Part shown: piece by piece, positions 51,610-60,000 of the stretch
How the letters are laid out: the number at the start of each line of letters is the position of its first letter
Position numbering within the stretch: the stretch's first letter is position 1
From: Malacoraja senta
Lineage: Eukaryota
NCBI GenBank assembly: GCA_038087875.1
Contig: CM075993.1
Location: 7,690,001 to 7,750,000 of the forward strand
DNA: 60,000 bases
Reading direction: 5' to 3'
The notes under the pieces: model-generated
The model's database searches: none
Seen by the model: only the letters and a program-made list of their open reading frames with translations
What the model was told of the DNA's origin: nothing
Translations under genes and position numbers: made by a program

Positions 51610-53735
51610 ACGGGTTTTCTCCGGGTGCTCTGGTTCCCTTCCACAACCCAAGACACATGGTTTGTAAGTTAATTGGCCACTGTAAAATTGCATCCTAGTG
51701 TATAGGCGGTAGATGCGATTGTGGGATAACATAGAACTAGTGTGAATGGGCGATCGATGGTCAGTGTGGAATCGGTGGGCCGAAGGGCCTGTTTCTGTGC
51801 TGCATCTTTAAAGTAAACCAAACTATAGCTTTTCTCAGGATGGAAATATCAAAGACTAGAAGGGATAGCTTTAAGATGAGAGGGGCAAAGTTTAAATGAG
51901 ATGTGCGGGGCAAGGTTTCTTTAGAGCGCGCTGCCAGGGGTAGTGGTGGAGTGGACTGCAATTTACAGAAGCCAATTAACCTGCAAACCCGCACAACGCT
52001 GGAATGTGAGAGGAAACCGGAGCACCCAGAGAAAGCCCACATGGTCATAGGGAGAACGTGCAAACTCCGCACAGACAGCACCCGCAGTCAGGATCGAACC
52101 CGGATCTCTGGCGCTGTGAGACAGCAACTCTACCGCTGCGCCACCGTGTACCTGCTAACAGTGCAAAATCACAAGAGGAGGTTCATAAGACCATAAGACA
52201 TAGAACGAGAATTAGGCCATTCGGCCCGTCGAGTCTGCTCCTCCATTTGATTGTCGCTGATCTAATTTCCTTCTCAACTCCATTCTCCCCGTAACCTTTG
52301 ACGCTCTTACTAATCAAGTCAATCTCTCTCTGTCCACACTGTTGATTTGACAATGAGATGAATGGAACTACAGAGACTAATACTGTATCCTGCATTGTCA
52401 AATGTACCTAATGATCCACCAAATAATAACTTTGTTGGTTTTTTCCACATGTAACAATAATTACATTGCAATAAATATCAATTATCACTTCTGTAACATG
52501 CGGTGTTCTCCAGAATAAGAAATTATACAAAGGAAAAGTTACTACTTCAAATATAAATGAATCCAGTGGTGCATGTGTTGTCCTAGTTTAGTTTAATTCA
52601 GAGATACAGCGTGGAAACAGGCCCTTCGGCCCACTGGGTCCGCGCCGACCAGCAATCCCCACACATTAACACTATCCTACACACACTGGGGACAATTTAC
52701 ATTCATACCCAGCCAATTAACCTATAAACTGTACGTCTTTGGAGTGTGGGAGGAAAGAGAAGATCTCGAAGAAAACCCACGTGGGTCACGAGGAGAACGT
52801 ACAAACTCCGTACAGACAGCACCCGTAGTCGGGATCGAACCCAGGTCTCTGCAACTCTACCGCAGAGGTGCAGGATTAGTGGAGATGGCACATGTTTGCC
52901 CAATCACTGCCCTCAGTCGCTGTTTTGCTTAGTTTAGTTTAGACTATTCATTTCCTTTCCACAGATGCTACTTGACCAGTTCCAACATTTCTGTTCAGTC
53001 TGAAGAAGGGACCCGATCTGAAACGTTGCCCATCCATTTCAAGGGGTGATGGGGAAACAGGGAGTGGATGGAGGACTGGGATTTGGGGGAGAGGAGACAG
53101 AAACATTGAAACATAGAAAATAGGCACAGGAGTAGGCCATTCGGCCTTCGAGCCAGCACCACCATTCAATATGATCATGGCTGATCATCCAGAATCAGTT
53201 CCCCGTTCTTGCTTTCTCCCCCATATCGTTTGATTCCGTTAGCCTGAAGAGCTATATCTAACTCTCTCTTGAAAACAGCCAGTGAATCGGCCTCCACTGC
53301 CTTCTGTGGCAGAGAATTCCACAGATTCACAACTCTGAATCGGAGCACTCTGTGTACGGAGTTTGCTCATTCTCCTTGTGATCGTGTGGGTTTCCTCCGG
53401 GTGCTCCGGTTTCCTCCCACATCTCAAAGACCTGCAGGGTCTGTAGGTCAGATGGGAATCCGTGGGATGGGGAGGTATGATTTGGGGAGGGGGATGAGGA
53501 TAATGGGGAGAATGGGAATGTTGGGGTGGATGGGGATATGCGGAGGGGATATGGAGGGGAGTGGTGAGAGGGGATGGGAATTTTGGGGAGGGAGGATGGG
53601 AATATGGGGAGGACAGGTACGGATACGTAGCGTGGTAGCAGGCCCTTCGGCCCACCGACCAGCGATCACCCTGTACACTAACACTATCCTACACACTAGG
53701 GACAATTTACAATTAACAGAAGCCAATTAACCTAC
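51610..53735. mobile_element. Cluster of V-SINE, CR1 3'-end and Penelope-end fragments
   Basis: V-SINE pieces at about 51610-51815(+), 51960-52150(-), 52585-52865(-), 53345-53440(+) and 53635-53735(-); CR1 ends at about 52185-52330(-) and 53098-53340(-). Confidence 0.8.
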
Positions 53736-53939
53736 ATCCATTCCCTCTGCAGATGCTGTCTGGCCCACTGAGTTCTTCCAGCACTTCTGTTTTTGTTCCA
53801 GATGTGGGCATCTGCTGTTCTAGTTGCTGTAAGTCATCCTCCGTTCAGTCACAAAGGCAATCTGATCTTCCAATCGATTGTCTAATGCTCCTTCCCACCC
53901 TCAGCTCACTGTCCTACACTGATTCAACCATTCCCCGCC

Positions 53940-54388
53940 TAAGTTCACAGGTTATAGGAGTAGAATTAGGCCATTCGGCCCATCGAGTCCACTCCACCAT
54001 TCAATCATGGCTGATCTCTGCCCCCTAATCCTATTTTCCTGCCTTCTCCCCATAACCCTTGACACCCGTTCTAATCAAGAATTTGTCTATCTCTGCCTTA
54101 AAAATATCCACTGACTTGTCCTCCACAGCCCTCTGTGGCAATGAGTTCCACAGATTAACTACCCTTTGGCTAAAGAAGTTCCTCCTCACCTCCTTTCTAA
54201 AAGAGCGCCCTTTAATTCTGAGGCAACGACCTCTGGTCCAAGACTCTCCCACCAGTGGAAACATCCTCTCCACATCCACTCCATCAATGCCGTTCATTAT
54301 TTTGTACGTTTCAATGAGGTCCCCCCTCAATCTTCTAAACTCCAACGAGTAGAGGCCCAGTGCCATCAAACGCTCATCATATGCTAAT
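53940..54388 (-). mobile_element. CR1 3' end
   Basis: LGLYSLEFRRLRGDLIETYKI...RRNFFSQRVVNLWNSLP plus 3' UTR. Confidence 0.92.
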
Positions 54389-54649
54389 GTTCAAGTAACA
54401 ATCAATCGTTCAACTCCCATTAACTTTTAAAAATACTTTAATAATAATGGTCCATTATAAGATTATTTGTTGCTATCCTAATGAAGAATATTTACATGAA
54501 TATGAATGAGTTCCTTCTTCACCAAAAATACAGCTGGATTAACTCAGCGGATCAGTCTGCATCTCTGGAGAACATGGACAGGTGACGTTTCGGGTCCACA
54601 CCCTTCTTCAGACTTTAAAATAACTGGTTGGAAACTACTTTGTCTAAAA

Positions 54650-54955
54650 GGGTGGCAAAATGGTGCAGCGGGTAGAGCTGCTGCCTCACAGCGCCGGAGA
54701 CCCGGGTTCGATCCTGAGCTCTGGTGCTGTCTGTACGGAGTTCGCACGTTCGCTTTGTGACCGTATGGGTTTTCTCCGGGTGCTCCCGGTTTCCTCCCAC
54801 ATCCAAAAGACGTGCAGGTTTGCAGGTTAATTGGCCTCTGTGAAATTGCCTCTAATGTGTAGGGAGTGGATGAGAGAGTGGGATAACGTAGAACTACTGT
54901 GAACGGGTGATCGATGGTCAGCATGGATTCAATGGGCCGAAGGGCTGTATCTTTC
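54650..54955 (+). mobile_element. HE1/V-SINE-type tRNA SINE
   Basis: tRNA-like head with GGTTCGATCC B box, V-domain and GGGCCGAAGGGC tail. Confidence 0.85.
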
Positions 54956-55429
54956 AACCAATTTTAACAACACTGGGCAATGAAGCATCTTGGATGAAGG
55001 ACCCGTCATAAGAACTGAAGGACTCAGAAGACAGTTGTGTTTTAATTTGCAGAGAGCGGGAGGATATGTCTGTGACAGGGGAAGGCTCTGTTGCCCAGAA
55101 AACAATTACTTTACAAATATACTACTGGAATAAAATAATAAAAAGATGAATTGAAACATCACCAACTGAAAGAATGTCATAGAGTGATATAGCATGGACA
55201 CAGGTCCTTCGGCCCAACTTGCCCACACCGACCAACATGTCCCATCAACACTAGCCCCATCTGCCCGCGTTTGGTCCATATCCCTCGAGACCTGTCCTAT
55301 CCATGTACCTGTCTAAATGCTTCTTAAACATTGTGAATGTATTATGTCATATGCCGCGGTTTATACTTTTGTACACTGCTTCTAATAAAAATATATATTT
55401 TTTAAATTAGAAAACAAGTTTTAGATACA

Positions 55430-55725
55430 GTGTAGAAAACAAGTTCAGAGATACAGTGTAGAAACAGGCTTTTCGGCCCAGCGAATCCATGCCGACCATC
55501 AGTGTACCAGTGGGACACTAGTTCTATGTCCTACACACTAGGGGCAATTTACAGAAACCAATTATCCTACAAACCTGCCCGTCTTTGGAGCGTGGGAGCA
55601 AACCGGAGCACCCACGCAGTCACAGGGAGGACATGCAAACTCCATACAGATAGCACGTAGTCAGGATCGTACTCCGGTCTCTGGCGCCGTGAGGCAGCAA
55701 CTCTACCGCTGTGCCACACCGTGAC
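55430..55725 (-). mobile_element. HE1/V-SINE-type tRNA SINE
   Basis: Reverse complement of the V-SINE head, V-domain and tail. Confidence 0.8.
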
Positions 55726-56158
55726 ACTATCCTATATCTCAATGACTAACATAGATAACATTGCAATTATGGCAATGCAGTTCTGAGAGATTCACTGGTG
55801 CAAGTTGCCAAATGCTTTTCCAAAATCTCAGCACTTCAGAAATGCTTAAACGGTTGAGAAGTTATGTTAGGATGTCCCGTAGTGAGGAAGGGCAGGAATA
55901 CTTCTCTGAGGTAACAGCATGTTGGCTTTTGGTGTGAGAGGGATGAAGCGTGCCAAAATGTTGACTAATCTTCAGGAGAAACATTGCTGCGTTTGTCATA
56001 GTGCCGTACGGCATAAAAACAAACCTTTAAGCCAAACAAGTCCAATCCAAAGATCATGGATGGTGAATGTGTGGAATTCACAGCCACAGACGGCTGTGGA
56101 GGCCAAGTCATTGGGTATTGTTAAGGCGGAGATGAACAGATTCTTGAATAGTACGGGT

Positions 56159-56212
56159 GGGGTGGAAGATTGCAACCTTCACGTGGTCCGCGCTGTTTCG
56201 ACTAATGCAATC
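56159..56212 (+). ncRNA. Minimal HDV-like self-cleaving ribozyme motif
   Basis: P1 GGGGUGG/CCGCGCU (G1-U wobble, one G:G mismatch), P2 GAUUGCA/UGCAAUC, P3 ACC/GGU, L3 UUCACGU, single G for P1.1, vestigial P4 UUUCGA, then catalytic-position C and UAA. Confidence 0.78.
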
Positions 56213-56299
56213 AACTCGACGTGCACAAACGGAAGATCAAATATAACAAGTTGTCCAACAGCTTTAGGCTGTGCACGCCACACGAAAGAAGAAGAAGAA
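56159..56299 (+). mobile_element. 141-bp non-autonomous retroposon with HDV-like ribozyme head and (GAA)n tail
   Basis: Flanked by the 13-bp direct repeat GAATAGTACGGGT (56146-56158 and 56300-56312). Interrupts a CR1 3' fragment and ends in CACGAAAGAAGAAGAAGAA. Confidence 0.88.
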
Positions 56300-56582
56300 G
56301 AATAGTACGGGTTCAAGGGGTTATGTGGAGAAGGCAGGAGAATGGGATTGAGAGGGAGAAATAGATCAGCCATGATTGAATGGCGGAGTAGACTTGATGG
56401 GCCAAATGGCCTAATTCCGCTCCTATGACTTATGAATTTATTTTACATTAACCTCATTTTATTCTCCCCACATTCCTGTCGGCATGGTCACGTTGGGCCG
56501 AAGGGCCTGTTTCCATGCCATGCAACTCTATGACTCTGGAGTGTGAGGGACATTGTTCACTGGCCCGGGTTCAGCAGCTTGC

Positions 56583-56895
56583 CGGCACGGTGGCGCAGCG
56601 GTAGAGTTGCTGCCTTACAGCGCTTGCAGTGCCGGAGACCCGTGCGCAATCTCGACTACGTGTGCTGTCTGTGCGGAGTTTGTACGTTCTCCCTGTGACC
56701 CACGTGGGTTTTCTCCGAGATCTTCGGTTTCCTCCCACACTCCAAAGACGTACAGGTATGTAGGTTAATAGACTTGGTTTATGTGTAAATTGTTCCTGGT
56801 GTGTGTAGGATAGTGTTAATGTGCGGGGATCGCTGGTCAGTGCGGACTCGGTGGGCCGAAGGGCCTTTTTTAGAGCTGTATCTCTGAACTACACT
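56583..56895 (+). mobile_element. HE1/V-SINE-type tRNA SINE
   Basis: GGCACGGTGGCGCAGCGGTAGAG head, V-domain GGAGTTTGTACGTTCTCCCTGTGAC...GGTTTCCTCCCACA and CR1-like tail GGGCCGAAGGGCC. Confidence 0.88.
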
Positions 56896-57211
56896 AAACG
56901 GAACAATCTTGACGCTTCATCATAACCCAGGATAGTGTAATGTCATTCACTACCACAAACACTAATTCCCTTCACCACCAATGCATCAGGGGCTGCCCTG
57001 AGCACCTTCCATATCGTACTCCACAATTGCTCAGCCAGGCTACTCCGAGCAGCTACTTCAGTCTGAAGAAGGGTCTCAACCCGAATCGTCGACAATTCCT
57101 TCTCTCCAGAGATGCTGCCCGTCCCGCTGAGTTACTCCAGCATTTTGTGTCCACCTCCGATTTAATCCAGCATCTGCAATTCTCTCTTACACAATACTCC
57201 AAGCGGCACAT

Positions 57212-57490
57212 TGGCACGGCGGGTAGAGCCGCTGCCTCCCAGTACCAGAGACCCCGGTTCGATCCTGACCTCGGGTGCTGCCCGTGTGGAGTTTGCACGT
57301 TCTCCCTGTGACCGCGTGGGTTTCCTCCCACATCCCAAAGGCGTGTGGATTTGGAAGGTTAATTGGCCTCCTTATATTGCCTCTAGTGTGTAGGGAGTGG
57401 ATGAGAAAGTGGGATAACATAGAACTAGTGTGAAGGGGTGGTCGAAGGTCGGCCTGGACTGGGTGGGCCGATGGGCCTGTCTCTCTGAAC
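57212..57490 (+). mobile_element. HE1/V-SINE-type tRNA SINE
   Basis: Same head, V-domain and tail as the copies at 54650 and 56583. Confidence 0.85.
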
Positions 57491-57830
57491 CTATCCCTCC
57501 ACTTAAGAACTATTGGAACACTGTGTCTTACAGGTTCCCCTCCAATCTACGCACCATCTTGGTTTGGAAATGTGCCACCATTCCTTCGTGCTAATTGGGC
57601 TAATTCCCACTGAGTATCTTCACTAGAATGACTGCATTGTTGAACTAAGTAGGAGGGTCACCATCACCTTCGCAAGGCCAATGAGGGATTGGCAATAAAT
57701 GTTGGCCTTTCAAAGTCGCCCACATTCCTGAAAAGTGAATTAAACAAAAACAAAATTCTTCATCATTCTACCCGAGTATCAGTCTCACAAGGAAATTCTG
57801 CCTCTTTTTTTTTCTACTGAGGAAGATAAG

Positions 57831-58260
57831 GGGTGGCGCGGTGGCGTGGCGGTAGAGTTGCTGCCTCACGGCGCCAGAGACCCGGGTTTGATCCTGACTA
57901 CGGGCGCTGTCTGTACGGAGTTTGTGCGTTCTCCCCGTGACCTGCGTGGGTTTATTCCGGGTGCTCCGATTTCCTCCCACACTCCAACGACGTACAGGTT
58001 CGGCTTCAGTAAAATTGTAAAGTCTGAATAAAGGTTTCGGCCCGAAACGTTGCCTATTTCCTTCGCTCCATAGATGCTGCCGCACCCGCTGAGTTTCTCC
58101 AGCATTTTTGTGTACCTTCGACTTTCCAGCATCTGCAGTTCCTTCTTGGAAATTGGAAATTGTCCCTGGTGAGAAAGTGGGATGACATAGAACTAGTGTG
58201 AATGGTCAGTGTGGACTTGAGGGGCTGAAGGGCCTGTTTCCGGGCTGTATCTCTAAACTA
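57831..58260 (+). mobile_element. V-SINE interrupted by a Penelope terminal-repeat fragment (about 58020-58150)
   Basis: SINE head and V-domain at 57831-58005, SINE tail at 58155-58260; the intervening segment matches the Penelope terminal repeat. Confidence 0.8.
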
Positions 58261-58674
58261 GTCTGAGATGAGAGGTTGTGAATATGAACCAATCACACCG
58301 GGTGGACAGTGGTGTCAGACCAATCGTGGGTGTTGGAAGGCGGGGAAAACATCTAGCAGAACCAATCAGGCCCAACTTGGGATGGGATCTACCAAGGGAT
58401 TGGATGGAGAGTGAACTGGAGATTGGCATATTTGATCGTTCAGAGTTTGCTGACCAAGCAGGAATGTGCAAAGTGAACCGTCTGAAAATCAGTCTCTTTA
58501 TTTAGCATTCCCCTCCACCCCAATACAGCTTCCAACAAACAAATCAGATCCTAGAAGCCCTGTGTCCCAAACACTTTCATATTCTGGGTGGATCCTTTAG
58601 ATAAAACCACAAAGGCTGTTTAAGGCAAGGTGTGAATAAATATGTGTGAAGGAAGTGCAGATGCTGGTTTATAA

Positions 58675-59140
58675 AGTCATAAGTGATAGGCGTAGAATTA
58701 GGCCATTCGGCCCATCAAGCCTACTCTGCCATTCAATCATGGCTGATCTATCTCTCCCTCCCAACCCCATTCTCCTGCGTTCTCCCCATAACCTCTGACA
58801 CCCGTACTAATCAAGAATCTATCTATCTCCTCCTTAAAAATACCCACTGACTTGGCCTCCACAACCTTCTGTGGCAAAGAATTCCACATATTCACCGCAC
58901 TCTGACTAAAGAAATTTCTCCTCATCTCCGTCTAAAAAAAGTCCTTTAATTCTGAGGCTATGACCTCTGGTCCTAGACTCTCCCACTAGTGGAAACATCC
59001 TCTCCACATCCACTCTATCACAAGCCTTTCACTATTCTGTATGATTCAATGAGGTCCCCCCCTCATTCTTCTAAACTCCAGCGAGTACAGGCCCAGTGCC
59101 GACAAACGCTCATCATAGGTTAACCCATTCATTTCTGGAG
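58675..59140 (-). mobile_element. CR1 3' end
   Basis: MRRNFFSQSAVNMWNSLPQK; highly similar to 720-1160. Confidence 0.9.
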
Positions 59141-59164
59141 TACTTACATCAAATTTGTGATTTA

Positions 59165-59517
59165 GGACGACAGATGGCGCAATGGGCTAAGTGTTCGGCT
59201 GGCAACCGGAAGGTAGCCGGTTCGAATCCCGCTTGGAGTGCATACTGTCGTTGTGTCCTTGGGCAAGACACTTCACCCACCTTTGCCTGTGTGTGAATGT
59301 GTGTGAATGTGTGTGAGTGATTGGTGGTGGTCGGAGGGGCCGTAGGCGCAGATTAGCAGCCACGCTTCCGTCAGTCTGCCCCAGGGCAGCTGTGGCTACA
59401 GAATTAGCTCACCACCACCGAGTGTGACTGAGGAGTGAATGAATAATGCGATGTAAAGTGCCTTGAGTATTAGAAAGCCGCTATATAAATCCCATCCATT
59501 ATTATTATTATTATTAT
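59165..59517 (+). mobile_element. tRNA-derived CORE-type SINE with L2-like tail (AFC-like)
   Basis: A box TGGCGCAATGG, B box GGTTCGAATCC, CORE-like GTGTCCTTGGGCAAGACACTT, tail GTAAAGTGCCTTGAG...GCTATATAAAT and (ATT)n. Confidence 0.85.
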
Positions 59518-59783
59518 CAAAGATGGATACAAAAAGCTGGAGCAACTCAGCGGGTCAGGCAGCATCTCTGGAGAAAGGGTACAGGTGACGTTTTGGGCTG
59601 AGACCCTTCTTCAGACTGAGAGTCAGTGGAAACCCGAGGTATGAGAAGGTAGAGAACAAATCACAGCCATCACCACTCGCTCAACCAAGGTGGAGCCCAC
59701 AAAGGTCCATTGTTGGCTGTGGAGGATGTGATAATGAAGGGATACAAACAGTGATGCTAGCAGGGCGACTAGGGTGAGGGAGG

Positions 59784-59859
<76 letters not shown>

Positions 59860-59950
59860 CTTGAAGTTACAAAAAGTCCATGTTCATACCATTGTGTTGT
59901 AAGCTGCCAAAGTGAAACATGAGGTGCAGTTCCTCCAATTTGTGTGTAGC
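59518..59950 (-). mobile_element. Penelope terminal repeat and GIY-YIG C-terminal remnant with an (AG)n tract
   Basis: Same terminal repeat as 34398-34500; (GA)n at about 59787-59857; LEELHLMF.FG-like remnant. Confidence 0.8.
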
Positions 59951-60000
59951 CATATACTGATGTTTCGTGTTCTTGCCTCTCACTCCAGTATAACTGCTGC

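Larger units (their letters stand above)
56055..56440 (+). mobile_element. CR1 3' end hosting the ribozyme-headed insertion
   Basis: MVNVWNSQPQTAVEAKSL..., with the CR1 3' UTR resuming after 56312. Confidence 0.88.

Noticed and set aside
56159..56212. Idea that the HDV-like motif is a CPEB1 counterpart of the mammalian CPEB3 intronic ribozyme
   Set aside because: It lies about 7 kb upstream of CPEB1, on the opposite strand, inside a TSD-flanked insertion within a CR1 fragment; proximity to a CPEB gene is most likely coincidence.
59165..59235. tRNA gene
   Set aside because: A and B boxes are present, but there is no proper acceptor stem and it runs into a SINE body and tail.
1..60000. CRISPR array or prokaryotic operon-like system
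   Set aside because: The recurring short repeats are dispersed retroelement ends of irregular spacing in a vertebrate intron-exon context, not repeat-spacer arrays.

Overview
AT-rich vertebrate DNA, most likely a skate or ray (elasmobranch), judged from its repeat families: HE1/V-SINE-type tRNA SINEs, abundant CR1 LINEs and Penelope-like elements. The only host gene I can support is the 5' part of CPEB1 on the minus strand. Its coding exons are 48890-48876 (MAFSL), 46081-45898, 11516-11331 and 2611-2362. The exon expected between the last two is not visible and probably lies in the 200-N gap at 4249-4448, and the gene continues past position 1. There is a TATA/CCAAT-like promoter near 49070 and a CpG island in intron 1. 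The rest is intronic or upstream sequence dense in transposons: CR1, a young Rex1/Babar copy, an L1 3' end, Penelope fragments with hammerhead-like motifs, two Helitrons, Harbinger- and hAT-type MITEs and an unclassified TIR element. The most notable observation is a 141-bp retroposon at 56159-56299 with a 13-bp TSD and a (GAA)n tail. Its first 54 nt fold as a minimal HDV-like ribozyme, and the predicted cleavage site is exactly the insertion's 5' end. Also notable are a decayed duplicate of CPEB1 exon 3, apparent frameshifts in exon 5 and a teleost-like CORE SINE. All identifications are by eye and from recalled family features; no searches were run, and TE boundaries are approximate unless TSDs or TIRs are given.
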